NCBI GenBank assembly: GCA_965262715.1
Contig: OZ253553.1
Location: 528,830-592,829, forward strand
Direction: 5' to 3'
Length of the DNA stretch: 64,000 nt
Origin: Bdellovibrionales bacterium
Lineage (GTDB): Bacteria > Bdellovibrionota > Bdellovibrionia > Bdellovibrionales > JAUICD01
Below the pieces are notes generated by a model. That model searched no databases and was not told the origin of the DNA. It saw nothing but the letters and a program-made list of their open reading frames with translations. The translations under genes were made by a program, and so were the position numbers. Numbering within the stretch: the stretch's first letter is position 1; the number at the start of each line of letters is the position of its first letter. Shown in pieces: positions 46,336 through 57,144 of the stretch.

Positions 46336-47777
46336 CTATCTCTTAATGGACATTGTATTCCTTGGGCATGCTGTGCTTCTGTATGGTTACAAGGAAGAAG
46401 AGTTGGCTGCTGATTAGGCAGTAGCCTTAGGTTATTGTTAGCGGCAGCGCAAGGTGGTGGTGTATTGACTGGCTCATGAGAATAAGTGCCTGGTAGATCT
46501 AGAAGGGTAGGAATGTTCTGATTATAGTAATCCTCTTCCACTATATTACTACATATAGCCCCATTTGTTACAGGAACCTGCTGTTGACAAGAACTTAGAA
46601 CATTAGGAGAGTAGTCTGAATGTGCTATTTGTTCACCTCTAACATTTGGTAAATTAAAAAATTCACCATTTCCAATATTTGCCATTTCTTCTAGAATATC
46701 TATTACACTAGGAAACCTTGTGTTACGAGCCTGATGATCAAGATATGCCCATCCATAATAAGCTGTGGAGAAAAAGATTCTTTCAGGTTTTATATCTACA
46801 ATATCCTTTACTTTTTCATAAACATAATCATCAAGTTGAAACCTACCCGTAAATCTATTACTAGGAGCCTCTCCTGAGATAAAGTAAACTAGATAAATCG
46901 CATTATCATCTTCGTTTGTTTTTAAATCTTCTTTTATAAGTTCTTTTGTTAATTCTAATGCTGCTCCATACTGTATTTTTCCACTCTCTCTATCTTGCCC
47001 TGGGCCATCTGGTAAAGTGAAATCATTCATTGCTTGCAAAACAATATTATGATCGTTTGTAAAAACAGGTTTCTTTCTAGGGTTATTCTCATGAGTAATA
47101 GAAGCTCTAGCAAAACCCCTCCACCCGCGATGTGCTCCTTTAAAAGTGATCATACTCCAAGAAAACTGTCTGTTTCTATGGCTCTCAAAAAATTGACTGA
47201 TATGGTGTATACGTGTTGCCTTATAGAAATCATTCGCTCCAGGAGAATAGGCCGTAGGTATGTAATTGTGACTTCCTTTATCAACAACAAAAACTATTTT
47301 TATCTGTGGAGGAACAAAAGGATTCACCATATTGATTGTATTACTATTACAAGGAGGTGTTGCAGCAAATTGAGGGCAACCAGATTGACAAGGGGGATTT
47401 GGCACTTGAGGACAAGATGGACAAGTGGCTTCTGCTGGAAGCCTTTCTGGAACATGAGATGGATTATTAAAAGAAAGTTCTAGAGGTGTAGCAGGAATAG
47501 GAGGACGAGGTATTGGTCTGTGTTGAGGTGTTGGTCTATGTTGAGATGTTGTTGGAGGCATATTATTAGGTAAACTCAGACCTCCTGAAACTTCTGAACC
47601 TGTGTTTTCATTTAAAGTTAAACCAGTATCAGAATTTTCTAAAGATAGTTCTCCTTCATTATTATTTTCATTATTATTTAATACAGAATCTTCGTTAATT
47701 GGCTCCATCTTTGACCCAGAACATGCTGAAATTAAACAAATAAGTAAAGCTAATAAAATAGGTTTTAATAATTTCAC
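46278..47777 (-). CDS. lipoprotein, Pro-rich linker plus possible VWA-like domain; C-terminal 20 aa read out of frame from the duplicate
   Basis: Lipobox LISAC. QHRPTPQHRPIPRPPIP repeat. KIVFVVDKGSH beta-strand/acidic motif. The Arg-rich tail RDSTINRETSERRVRNKRRRR is encoded across the duplication junction (~46335). Confidence 0.7.
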   Translation of the reverse strand: MKLLKPILLALLICLISACSGSKMEPINEDSVLNNNENNNEGELSLENSDTGLTLNENTGSEVSGGLSLPNNMPPTTSQHRPTPQHRPIPRPPIPATPLELSFNNPSHVPERLPAEATCPSCPQVPNPPCQSGCPQFAATPPCNSNTINMVNPFVPPQIKIVFVVDKGSHNYIPTAYSPGANDFYKATRIHHISQFFESHRNRQFSWSMITFKGAHRGWRGFARASITHENNPRKKPVFTNDHNIVLQAMNDFTLPDGPGQDRESGKIQYGAALELTKELIKEDLKTNEDDNAIYLVYFISGEAPSNRFTGRFQLDDYVYEKVKDIVDIKPERIFFSTAYYGWAYLDHQARNTRFPSVIDILEEMANIGNGEFFNLPNVRGEQIAHSDYSPNVLSSCQQQVPVTNGAICSNIVEEDYYNQNIPTLLDLPGTYSHEPVNTPPPCAAANNNLRLLPNQQPTLLPCNHTEAQHAQGIQCPLRDSTINRETSERRVRNKRRRR

Positions 47778-48192
47778 AGTTGCACCTCATGCTTTTTGTT
47801 TGTTGTTAATAAAATTAAATTGGTTAGCTTTTAAAAAACACAATTCTAATCATATAGAGGCAAAATGGGGGCCATAATCATGTCTCTAATTGAAACAAAT
47901 GATAGAAACTCATACTCAATATGACTTTTGATACTACTTAAATATGACCTTTGACACTATAAAAATTGATAATCTCTAGCCTATATATTAGAAAAGATGA
48001 AATTATTATTTTTTAAAAAATCAATATTTAGAAAAAACAAGACATAGGCTTTGAGCTTTTCATAACAGAGTCTAGCTTCTGCATAAAACAAAAGATGAGG
48101 TAAACACTGGTTTTTCTGTCAAAAATATAACTCTGTTAAATATATAAACAAAAAAATGCTTTTTAGTATTTTACAGGTTTTGTAGATCACAA

Positions 48193-48230
48193 GTTGCCGA
48201 AAACAGATTGCCGGCTTGCCAGACCCCAGA
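48193..48230. repeat. GC-rich repeat family, short copy
   Basis: ttgccgaaaacagattgccggcttgccagaccccagac. Confidence 0.5.
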
Positions 48231-48400
48231 CAAAACTCTTACTAAAGGAATAAACATCTTTTTTGTCACTTTAATGTCCCTTTCGGGGAAGGCTCCCAAT
48301 CCCTCACCTTTAGACGACGCTCAATTTTCAGTTATGTGAATTTACAAGCTTATAATATCAGATATAGTATAGTACTTATTGCTAATAATTTAGATTAAAG

Positions 48401-48550
48401 AGCCTACAGCAGGTATCTTCACTTGCAGCAGGCACCCCCGCACATCACAAAAGATTGTGACTATAATTTTTTTGATAGGATAAACATTTTTTTAGAATTT
48501 TTGGTTTAAATGTGGTGGCCTGAGCCAGGTCAGAAACCTGCCGTAGGCTT
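48401..48550. repeat. ~150-bp long-hairpin element
   Basis: Outer arms agcctacagcaggt / acctgccgtaggct, inner arms caggcacccccgcacat / atgtggtggcctg, AT-rich apex ...ctataatttttttgataggataaaca. Confidence 0.65.
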
Positions 48551-48592
48551 AAATAAATTTTAGTCAACTTCTAATTGACTTTTCATTTAAAC

Positions 48593-48613
48593 CCCTCGAC
48601 TTCAAGTCGAGGG
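48593..48613. terminator. hairpin terminator downstream of the 48625-49602 gene
   Basis: ccctcgac-ttcaa-gtcgaggg 8-bp GC-rich stem, 12 nt after the stop. T/A-rich flanks on both strands, but the T tracts are short. Confidence 0.5.
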
Positions 48614-48624
48614 TTGTTTAGTTA

Positions 48625-49602
48625 TTAGATTGTAGTCGTGGTAGTAGTAGTAGTAGTAGTAGTAGTGGGGATATTAGTGGTTGTTGTAGAGGTGCTAGTA
48701 GTAATTGTAGATGTGTAAGTGGTAGTTGTGGAAGTGCTAGTAGTAGGTGAGGTTTCATCTAAAAGCAGTATACCACTAGTCATTTTATAACTTTCTTCAC
48801 TATAAGTGATACAATTCTCACCTTCTAGCTGAGTGAAAAATTCTAATGTGATGATATCCCCCTCTACGATGTTTAATCCAATTAAACTCAACAGGGTGTG
48901 TTGACCAACATTGAATGGGCTACCTTCAACTCTTTGACCATTATGTCTTACTTCCCATAGGCCATTGCTTATATTCATTACCTCTCCGTCGGATCTATCC
49001 ACAAAAAATGAAAATTCATTGAGCGGCAACGAAGTTGATGTAGAGTTTAAGATATCTTCAAGAGGTGGATCGTCTGATACAGTTTCATTATTATAAATCT
49101 CTAAAGGGGAGTCTGCGCATTGTCCAATCACTATATTTCTACCTATAGTTAATGGAGATACATTCTCTAAAGCTGTTATATCTACTGAAATATCATATAC
49201 ACCTATTTTATTAAAAGACCATTCGTAATTGGGTTGATCTGTTATCCTTTCGCTATCATCTTGGTTGAGAACAGCTAGATTACCCAAATCTTCATGTAGA
49301 GAAATAAACCATTCAAAATTTGTGTACGCTTCAAGTTCAGCCTGGTCGCTAAAAGCCTCTACAACAAATGTCACTGAAGTATTAACAGCAAAATCATCAG
49401 CGAGAATCTTTACAACATTCGAGCCTCCATCTGGTAGTAGTAAAAGGTTAACAGTATTTGTTGTTGATTGGCGATGTGATGCTAGATCGATTATATGTCT
49501 TTGATTTTGACAATTTTGAAATCCAATTATTAAAATCAGAAAAAAAGAAAATGATATGAAGATAGATAGATATTTCTGACTTTTTTTTCCAAATCTTTGC
49601 AT
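48625..49602 (-). CDS. secreted protein with C-terminal Thr/Ser-rich tail
   Basis: Signal/TM LSIFISFSFFLILIIGFQNC. Tail is TSTSTTTTYTSTITTSTSTTTTNIPTTTTTTTTTTTTI. Confidence 0.7.
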   Translation of the reverse strand: MQRFGKKSQKYLSIFISFSFFLILIIGFQNCQNQRHIIDLASHRQSTTNTVNLLLLPDGGSNVVKILADDFAVNTSVTFVVEAFSDQAELEAYTNFEWFISLHEDLGNLAVLNQDDSERITDQPNYEWSFNKIGVYDISVDITALENVSPLTIGRNIVIGQCADSPLEIYNNETVSDDPPLEDILNSTSTSLPLNEFSFFVDRSDGEVMNISNGLWEVRHNGQRVEGSPFNVGQHTLLSLIGLNIVEGDIITLEFFTQLEGENCITYSEESYKMTSGILLLDETSPTTSTSTTTTYTSTITTSTSTTTTNIPTTTTTTTTTTTTI

Positions 49603-49875
49603 TATTGAAATACCTTTAAAAAGATATAATTGACGGCTTTTTATATAAGTATTTCGGTAGAAGCCTTAAAATACTTAAATAAAATATCTCTTTGTCTATG
49701 GATTTATATTAAGTATCAAATAAATCTGATAGCCTTATTGTAATTTCTTGCCTAAAACTGCATTTCTGAAATCTAATTTACTGCTATCATGTATTTTTGA
49801 GATGGCTTTTAAAAGAAAGCTTTTTAGACTAAAAATCTTTTGAATTTTTTTCATTTTAGTGTTTTAATATTACTT

Positions 49876-50379
49876 ATGAGAGAAGGTAAGATTTTACATA
49901 CGAGGCAAATTGATAAAAGGGTTTTTGATCAAGATCTAAAATTTCTACATAGAACCAATTTAACCCCTACATTAAAAAATGACACAAATGTAGAGCCAAT
50001 AAAGGAAACATCAATTAAGAATTCTTTATTCTCTTCAGGTATCAATGAAGCTCAAGATAAAAAAGAGTATTTTCAACTCTTAAAAAAGATTCAATTTTTA
50101 GAGAATAATTTTCAATGGATGTTGGAATGCCTAAAACAAACCATAAAGGATCATAAAAAGCAATATGATAAGTTATTTGAAAAAATCCAAACCATTAAAA
50201 AGAAAGATGAGCAAATAGAAATACTTGTGGAAAGGCAAGACCAGATGGTTTTAATGTTCCAGCAGAAAGTTCATCAATTGCAAAATCTCATTAAACAGCA
50301 AGAAGTCAAACTTATCAACACTCAGTCAGCATTGAGTGAAGCTCGTCAGCACTTAGAGCGTATGAAAAATAGTAAATAA
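49876..50379 (+). CDS. coiled-coil hypothetical protein
   Basis: K/E/Q-rich heptad-like sequence. ATG 49876 is preferred to TTG 49840, which lies in repeat DNA; start uncertain. Confidence 0.45.
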   Translation: MREGKILHTRQIDKRVFDQDLKFLHRTNLTPTLKNDTNVEPIKETSIKNSLFSSGINEAQDKKEYFQLLKKIQFLENNFQWMLECLKQTIKDHKKQYDKLFEKIQTIKKKDEQIEILVERQDQMVLMFQQKVHQLQNLIKQQEVKLINTQSALSEARQHLERMKNSK

Positions 50380-50496
50380 TTTTCCTAAAAGTCATTCGTT
50401 TATATCATATATTATAAAAAATGCTTGTTAAGCTCTAAGAAGTTGTTATACATAGGTTATTAAAAAATTGTAAGAACAATTAAAGGTAATAATAAA

Positions 50497-51726
50497 GTGG
50501 ACTTTTCCTACATTCAAGATCAATTTCCAATTTTAAAGCAAAAGATAAATGGATATCCTTTAGTTTATTTAGATAGTGCAGCCACTAGTCTTAAACCAAA
50601 GTTTGTTATAGATAGAATAACCCAGCATTATTTGATGCAGGCTTCAAATGTTCACAGGGGATCTCATACGTTAAGTGATCAAGCTACCACAGACTATGAA
50701 AATGCAAGGTCTACTCTACATCAGTTTTTAAATACATCCTCAAATGAAGAAGTGGTTTTTACTCGCAGTACAACAGAATCTATTAATCTTATAGCAAGTT
50801 GTTTTGGGGAAGTCTACTTACAGAAAGGTGATGAGATATTGATCACAGAGATGGAACACCACTCTAATATTGTTCCTTGGCAAGTTTTAGCTCAAAAAAA
50901 AGAATGTACTCTTAAATTTGTTAAAGTAAATGAATATGGAATTCTTAATCTTGATCAGGTGCAGGAGTTATTAAGTCACAAAACGAAGATCTTTGCATTC
51001 ACTTTTATTTCAAACACTCTTGGAACAGTAAATCCGATCAGAGATTTGATAACATTGGGTCATAAAGTAGGGGCAAAAGTGATTATAGATGCTGCTCAAG
51101 CTTTAGCGCATACTCAGATAGATATTCAAAAACTTGATTGTGATTTTTTAGTTGGTTCTGCCCATAAGATCTTTGGACCTACAGGTATTGGTTTTCTATG
51201 TGGTAAAAAGGATTTATTAGAAATGATGTTACCTTATCAATATGGTGGTGGAATGATATCAAAGGTCAGCCAATATGAAAGCACCTATGCAGATATTCCC
51301 CAAAAGTTTGAAGCAGGAACCCCTCATATTGCAGGTGCCATTGGTTTTGCTGAAGCTCTTAAATTTTTTCAAGGCTTTGCCTATACATCTATTGAGCAAC
51401 ATGAGCAAGAATTAATAAAACAGGCAATAGATGGTTTAGCAGATATAAAACGTGTACGTCTTATTGGTAGAGTAGATCAGGTGGGAGCTTGTAGAAAATC
51501 TGTGATCTCATTTGTTGTAAAAGGATGTCATCATCAAGATATAGGGCAGCTTCTCAATAACTATGGAGTGGCTGTAAGGACAGGCCATCACTGCACTCAG
51601 CTTTTAATGGATAGATTTCAAATAGAAGGTACAGTGAGGATCTCTTTTGGTCTTTACAATACCCGCCAAGATATTCAGCACTTTTTAACATCTCTAGAGA
51701 AATCCATTCAGCTTTTAAAGGCTTAA
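50497..51726 (+). CDS. sufS: cysteine desulfurase, SufS/CsdA class
   Basis: YLDSAATSLKP, HRGSHTLS, MEHHSNIVPWQ, SAHKIFGPTGIG (PLP lysine), RTGHHCTQ (active-site Cys loop); GTG start. Confidence 0.85.
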   Translation: MDFSYIQDQFPILKQKINGYPLVYLDSAATSLKPKFVIDRITQHYLMQASNVHRGSHTLSDQATTDYENARSTLHQFLNTSSNEEVVFTRSTTESINLIASCFGEVYLQKGDEILITEMEHHSNIVPWQVLAQKKECTLKFVKVNEYGILNLDQVQELLSHKTKIFAFTFISNTLGTVNPIRDLITLGHKVGAKVIIDAAQALAHTQIDIQKLDCDFLVGSAHKIFGPTGIGFLCGKKDLLEMMLPYQYGGGMISKVSQYESTYADIPQKFEAGTPHIAGAIGFAEALKFFQGFAYTSIEQHEQELIKQAIDGLADIKRVRLIGRVDQVGACRKSVISFVVKGCHHQDIGQLLNNYGVAVRTGHHCTQLLMDRFQIEGTVRISFGLYNTRQDIQHFLTSLEKSIQLLKA

Positions 51727-51836
51727 TTATAGGCTTTTTAAGAAAGTCTATCTGTTTTTAATGTTTGACTTATTCTCATTAATTATATAAAAAAACCTTA
51801 TGTTTATATAAAGTATGAACACAAATAAGGTCAATT

Positions 51837-52844
51837 ATGTTAAAATATTTTTTAAGCCGTCTTTATGCTTTGATATTCACATTTATTGGTGTTTCCATCG
51901 TAGCCTTTGGATTTATACGTGCTTTACCTGGAGACCCAGTTCAAGTCATGCTTGGAGAGAGAGGTGCTGACCCTAAAGTTTATGCTGAAATGAGGGCTAC
52001 TCTAGGCTTGGATCAACCTCTTCATATACAATATTTTAAATTCCTTTATAGGGCTCTGCAAGGAGATCTTGGTGCTTCTATTATAACAAATACTCCTGTT
52101 ACTGAGGAGTTTTTTGCGCGTTTTCCTGCCACACTTGAATTAGGCTTTGCCGGACTCCTATGGGCTATCCTATTAGGTGTTCCACTTGGTATCCTTATTG
52201 CTCTTAAAAGAAATTCTTCTTTTGATTACACTGTGATGACAGGCGCTCTCTTTGGTTATTCCATGCCTATTTTTTGGTGGGGACTTATGCTAATTTTATT
52301 TTTTTCTGTCTACTTAGGAATAACTCCTGTATCTGGGCGTATAAATGTTTTATACGATATTCCAACGATCACAGGATTTTTATTCATTGATTCCTTATTT
52401 AGTGGGCAACAAGGGGCTTTTTTCAGTGCTTTCAGCCATTTGATCCTGCCAGCTATTGCCCTTGGAACCATCCCTTTAGCAGTGATCACACGTATGACCA
52501 GATCCAGTATGCTAGAGGTTTTAAGTGAGGATTATATCCGAACAGCCAAAGCAAAAGGATTAAGCAAATTTGATGTAGTGGCCATTCATGGTTTAAGAAA
52601 TGCCCTGATCCCTATTGTTACGGTGATTGGCCTTATGTTGGGCACTATCATTACAGGGGCTATTTTAACAGAAACCATTTTTGCTTGGCCGGGTATTGGC
52701 AGATGGTTGGTTTTTAGTGTAAATTCTAGAGATTACCCTGTTATTCAAGGGGGTATTTTACTGATTGCTATTATGATTATGTTGATCAACATGGCAGTAG
52801 ATATGACCTACGTGATTATAAATCCTAAAATTAGAGGTCTATGA
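51837..52844 (+). CDS. ABC peptide/nickel-type transporter permease (DppB/OppB-like)
   Basis: Six-TM permease with SMLEVLSEDYIRTAKAKGLS EAA-loop motif. Confidence 0.85.
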   Translation: MLKYFLSRLYALIFTFIGVSIVAFGFIRALPGDPVQVMLGERGADPKVYAEMRATLGLDQPLHIQYFKFLYRALQGDLGASIITNTPVTEEFFARFPATLELGFAGLLWAILLGVPLGILIALKRNSSFDYTVMTGALFGYSMPIFWWGLMLILFFSVYLGITPVSGRINVLYDIPTITGFLFIDSLFSGQQGAFFSAFSHLILPAIALGTIPLAVITRMTRSSMLEVLSEDYIRTAKAKGLSKFDVVAIHGLRNALIPIVTVIGLMLGTIITGAILTETIFAWPGIGRWLVFSVNSRDYPVIQGGILLIAIMIMLINMAVDMTYVIINPKIRGL

Positions 52845-53741
52845 ATGAGTGAAACATGTTCTGCGCCACAGAAAAAGCAGTTACCTATGCACCCTTTAAT
52901 AGAGTTTTGGTATTTCTTCTCTCAAAATAGGGGAGCTGTTATTGGGTTATTTCTTATCATCATATTTATATTTATTGCTCTACTAGCTGATTTAATTGCG
53001 CCTCATAATCCTAGTGAGCAATTCACAGACCATATAAGGGTATTTCCTGTATGGACAGGAGGTAACTGGAGATTCATTTTAGGTACTGATGACTTAGGAC
53101 GAGATGTTTTAAGCCGTCTTATTTATGGAACAAGAGTATCTCTGACTGTTGGGTTTTTAGTGGTTTGTTTTTCAGCTACAACAGGGGCAACTCTCGGGTT
53201 GATTGCAGGTTATAGCAGAGGGTTTTTAGATCAAGCTATTATGAGACTTACTGACATATTAATGGCTTGGCCCAGTGTTTTGCTGGCTATTATTGTAGCA
53301 TCGCTTTTAGGTCCTAATCTATTCAATGCCATAGTCGCTGTAAGTGTTGTAGCTATACCTAGCTTTATCAGAGTTGCAAGAGCCTCTGTGTTAGCTGAAA
53401 GAAATAAGCAATATGTGATAGCAGTGAAAAGCTTTGGCAGCAGTCATTTTCGAATACTGATTTTGAATATCCTTCCTAACTGCATTGCGCCACTCATTGT
53501 ACAAGCGGCATTGAGTTTCAGCGATGGTATTTTAAATGTGGCTGCCTTGGGCTTTTTAGGGTTTGGTGCTCAACCTCCTACAGCAGAGTGGGGAACCATG
53601 TTATCAGATGCTCGTGATTATATTCAGACAGCATCCTATTTAGTCACACTTCCTGGCCTTTGTATTTTAATTGTTGTTCTTGCTTTTAACCTTTTAGGAG
53701 ATGGGCTTCGGGATAGTTTTGATCCGAAGTTAAAGAGATAA
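52845..53741 (+). CDS. ABC peptide/nickel-type transporter permease (DppC/OppC-like)
   Basis: ILGTDDLGRDVLSRLIYG signature; adjacent to and coupled with the preceding permease. Confidence 0.85.
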   Translation: MSETCSAPQKKQLPMHPLIEFWYFFSQNRGAVIGLFLIIIFIFIALLADLIAPHNPSEQFTDHIRVFPVWTGGNWRFILGTDDLGRDVLSRLIYGTRVSLTVGFLVVCFSATTGATLGLIAGYSRGFLDQAIMRLTDILMAWPSVLLAIIVASLLGPNLFNAIVAVSVVAIPSFIRVARASVLAERNKQYVIAVKSFGSSHFRILILNILPNCIAPLIVQAALSFSDGILNVAALGFLGFGAQPPTAEWGTMLSDARDYIQTASYLVTLPGLCILIVVLAFNLLGDGLRDSFDPKLKR

Positions 53742-54745
53742 TGAATCTGTTAACTGTAAAAAATCTTACTATAGAATTTGAAACACTGAGAGGAAGGCTT
53801 AGGGCAGTTGATAATGTCAGTTTCGAGCTTAAAAAGTCAGAAACATTGGGCATTGTCGGAGAATCAGGATGTGGAAAAAGCCTTACAAGCCTTGCAATTA
53901 TAAGACTGCTCTCTCCAAATGCTATTATAAAAGCAGACACTTTGATGTTTAAAGATATTGATCTTTTAACTGCAAGTCCAAAAACGTTGCGTTCTTTGCG
54001 CGGATGTTCTATTTCGATGATTTTTCAAGACCCTATGACAAGCCTTAACCCTAGCTTTACTGTAGCTTTTCAAATGAATGAGATTTTACGTGTTCACAAT
54101 ATGGGGACAAGGCTTGAACGTAAAGATCGAGTTTTAGAGCTATTGCATTTAGTGGGTATACCCGATCCAAAATCTTGTATCAAAAGATACCCTCATGAGC
54201 TTTCAGGTGGAATGACTCAAAGAGTGATGATTGCTATGGCCATGTCTTGCAATCCAGATCTGCTTATTGCTGATGAGCCTACAACAGCATTGGATGTCAC
54301 AATGCAGGCACAAATTCTTGCCCTACTTCAAGAGCTTCAAAAAAACTATGAAATGGCACTTATGCTCATTACACATGATATTGGGGTGGTTGCTCAGATG
54401 GCTGATAGGATACAAGTGATGTACACAGGACGAATTATAGAATCAGCATCAGCTGATAGCATTATTCGAGAGCCTCAACACCCTTATACTCATGGATTAC
54501 TGCAAGCTCTTCCTGAATTTCAAGGATCGTTGGATGATAATAAAAGAAAACGCCTTAATAGCATCAAAGGCGTTGTACCTGACCTTATCCATAGACCTAC
54601 AGGTTGCCAGTTTCATCCAAGATGTGGTTTTTGCCAAAGTAAATGTGAACAAGAGACTCCCACTTATACACAGACCAAAACAAATCACTACACCAAATGT
54701 TTTTTTCCTCTTTTATCTAAAGAAGCAAAGGAAGATATCTTATAA
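53741..54745 (+). CDS. ABC transporter ATP-binding protein (DppD/OppD-like)
   Basis: Walker A GESGCGKS, signature LSGGMTQR, Walker [14 protein letters not shown]-terminal oligopeptide-type Cys motif. Confidence 0.9.
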   Translation: MNLLTVKNLTIEFETLRGRLRAVDNVSFELKKSETLGIVGESGCGKSLTSLAIIRLLSPNAIIKADTLMFKDIDLLTASPKTLRSLRGCSISMIFQDPMTSLNPSFTVAFQMNEILRVHNMGTRLERKDRVLELLHLVGIPDPKSCIKRYPHELSGGMTQRVMIAMAMSCNPDLLIADEPTTALDVTMQAQILALLQELQKNYEMALMLITHDIGVVAQMADRIQVMYTGRIIESASADSIIREPQHPYTHGLLQALPEFQGSLDDNKRKRLNSIKGVVPDLIHRPTGCQFHPRCGFCQSKCEQETPTYTQTKTNHYTKCFFPLLSKEAKEDIL

Positions 54746-54777
54746 TGAAGAATGTTCAAGAGAAGGAATATCACTAA

Positions 54778-55743
54778 ATGATCAACAAACCTATTCTATC
54801 TGTTAACAATGTTAAGAAATATTATAAGATCAAAGGGTTTTTCTCTAATAAGGGTATAGTTAAGGCTGTAGATGATGTGAGTTTTGAGTTGGTAAAAGGA
54901 GAAACCCTATCTATTGTGGGCGAATCAGGCTGTGGTAAAAGCACTCTTGCAAGGTTATTGATGAGGGTAGAGCCAAGAACAGCTGGAAAATATATGCTTT
55001 GTGACAAAGATATAGATATAAAGGGTCATTGGCCCAAAAATGAATTTCATAGAACTATACAAATGATTTTTCAAGATCCTTATAGCAGCATAAACCCAAG
55101 AAAAAAGGCATGGCAAATTGTTGCAGAACCACTTTTTGTCAATACCAATTTTTCAGTTAAAGAGTGCCGCCTAAAGGCGATGGAGGCCTTTGAGCAAGTT
55201 GGAATTAGAAGAGAGTGTATCAATCGCTATCCTCATATGTTTAGTGGTGGACAGAGGCAGCGCATTGGTATTGCAAGAGCTTTAGTATTAAAACCTAAAA
55301 TTTTAGTATGTGATGAACCTGTCTCTGCGCTTGATGTCTCTGTTCAAGCACAAGTTTTGAACTTATTAATGGATATTCAAGAGCAGATGGACTTAAGTCT
55401 TATTTTTATTTCACATGATCTTTCTGTTGTAAGACATATTTCTGATCGTGTTTTGGTCATGTATTTAGGCAGAATTGCAGAGATTGGAGCGCGTAATGAT
55501 GTGTTTCAAAAACCCATGCACCCTTATACAAAAGCTCTTTTAGAAAGTAGACCTCAAATACTCAAAGGTAAAATAACACAACATCGCTCTTTAAAAGGAG
55601 AGTTGCCTTCACCGATGAATCCCCCTCCAGGTTGTATCTTTCATTTGAGATGTCCAAAGGCTACTGATATTTGTAAAAAGAAGATTCCTCCTTTAAGGCA
55701 AATAAGTAATCAAAAAGTGGCTTGCCACCACCCTGAGGTTTAG
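54778..55743 (+). CDS. ABC transporter ATP-binding protein (DppF/OppF-like)
   Basis: Walker [10 protein letters not shown], signature FSGGQRQR, Walker B ILVCDEPVSALD. Confidence 0.9.
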   Translation: MINKPILSVNNVKKYYKIKGFFSNKGIVKAVDDVSFELVKGETLSIVGESGCGKSTLARLLMRVEPRTAGKYMLCDKDIDIKGHWPKNEFHRTIQMIFQDPYSSINPRKKAWQIVAEPLFVNTNFSVKECRLKAMEAFEQVGIRRECINRYPHMFSGGQRQRIGIARALVLKPKILVCDEPVSALDVSVQAQVLNLLMDIQEQMDLSLIFISHDLSVVRHISDRVLVMYLGRIAEIGARNDVFQKPMHPYTKALLESRPQILKGKITQHRSLKGELPSPMNPPPGCIFHLRCPKATDICKKKIPPLRQISNQKVACHHPEV

Positions 55744-55805
55744 AAGTTTTTCCTAGTGGTTATTTACCTTTCAGAGAGAAAGTATAACCTATGTGTCCAG
55801 GATGG

Positions 55806-55870
55806 GCCTCTGGCAATCGGGCAAGCCGGCAATCAGTTCCCAGCAGCTGCTTGCCGGACTACTCCCGGGT
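55806..55870. repeat. GC-rich palindromic intergenic repeat
   Basis: gcctctggcaatcgggcaagccggcaatcagttcccagcagctgcttgccggactactcccgggt. Confidence 0.65.
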
Positions 55871-56024
55871 AGATAAAGATACTTTGAAATTGAACTATCG
55901 TGTTATTTGTGCAATATATATGAATCTGTCCGTCAAGCAAGTAAAAAAATATTGACTTTGCAATCTCTTTAATCAAAATATGCCTTAGGTAACTTCAACT
56001 TTATTTAAAATCAAAGGAGTCATT

Positions 56025-56621
56025 ATGGCTATAGAATTGCCACCACTGAATTATAAACAGGACGCTCTAAGTCCTTACATTTCAGATGAAACAGTGAATT
56101 TTCATTACACAAAACACCATAAAGGTTATGTCAATAAGCTCAATGCAGCTATTTTGGACACACAGTGGGATACAAAATCTTTAGAAGAGATTATTCAGCA
56201 AGTCCCTCAGGAAGGGAAAGGGATAGGTATTTTTAATAATGCCGCACAGATATGGAATCATACACTTTATTGGAATAGCCTTTCACCTCAAGGAGGAGGC
56301 ATTCCCACAGGGTCTCTTCAAGATGCTATTTGTGAGAGTTTTGGTTCTTTTGAATCTTTCAAAAATGATTTTACCAAAGTAGCTACAACGACTTTTGGCT
56401 CTGGTTGGGCATGGGTTGTTCTATCATCATCTTCAAAAAAGCTAGAAATTATGTCTACAAGTAATGCTCAAACACCTTTAACAAATAGTGGGCTTAAACC
56501 TATTCTTACTTGTGATGTTTGGGAACATGCCTATTATATTGACTATCGCAACGCAAGGGATAAATACATTGATGCTTTTTGGAATGTTGTCAATTGGAAG
56601 TTTGCTGCTCAAAATCTTTAA
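56025..56621 (+). CDS. sodB: Fe-type superoxide dismutase
   Basis: LPPLNYKQDALSPYIS..FHYTKHH, FNNAAQIWNHTLYW, DVWEHAYYIDYRN. Confidence 0.9.
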   Translation: MAIELPPLNYKQDALSPYISDETVNFHYTKHHKGYVNKLNAAILDTQWDTKSLEEIIQQVPQEGKGIGIFNNAAQIWNHTLYWNSLSPQGGGIPTGSLQDAICESFGSFESFKNDFTKVATTTFGSGWAWVVLSSSSKKLEIMSTSNAQTPLTNSGLKPILTCDVWEHAYYIDYRNARDKYIDAFWNVVNWKFAAQNL

Positions 56622-56712
56622 TTTTTAGCGACAACATTGTAATTTCTGTGCAGATAAGATTCCAATAAGTAAGTATAATAGTAGCTTAAATATTTATCAA
56701 ACCAATAATTAA

Positions 56713-57144
56713 TTAAGCTACTTTTAATACCTTTCTTTGACTGCGTGGTCTGGATAGATCAATGTTGTATAATTTTACCTTTCTATAAAGTGTTGCTCTA
56801 CCAATACCAAGAGATGCAGCTGTTTTTGTAAGATTACCTTTAAATACATAAATAGCTTCTTGAATGGCTACTTTTTCTACATCCTTGATTGTTGAGGTTG
56901 ATGGACCTGTTGCTTCTGAGTGTTTTGAAGTATTATCAGGAAAAGGTACAACTTGCCCCATGTTTGAATGGTTAGGAGTTGTGAAAAATCTTGACCTGAA
57001 AGCAGGGTTAGAAAGCCCATTTTGCCATTGAAGCGAAGTAAAAGTCTTGATGTTATAATTATATTCGTTTGACCATTGCCTGGCTTTGTGAATATCGTCC
57101 TGGTTATCACTGATAAAAATTAAAGTAGAGTTGGGATTGATCAT
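56713..57144 (-). CDS. small Fis-type HTH DNA-binding protein
   Basis: C-terminal NLTKTAASLGIGRATLYRKVKLYNI resembles the Fis/NtrC-type HTH; N-terminal half uncharacterised. Confidence 0.6.
   Translation of the reverse strand: MINPNSTLIFISDNQDDIHKARQWSNEYNYNIKTFTSLQWQNGLSNPAFRSRFFTTPNHSNMGQVVPFPDNTSKHSEATGPSTSTIKDVEKVAIQEAIYVFKGNLTKTAASLGIGRATLYRKVKLYNIDLSRPRSQRKVLKVA

Noticed and set aside
51837-55743. Peptide ABC operon lacking a substrate-binding protein gene
   Set aside because: Binding-protein genes for Dpp/Opp-type systems are frequently encoded elsewhere or in multiple orphan copies. Nothing in the sequence suggests decay.
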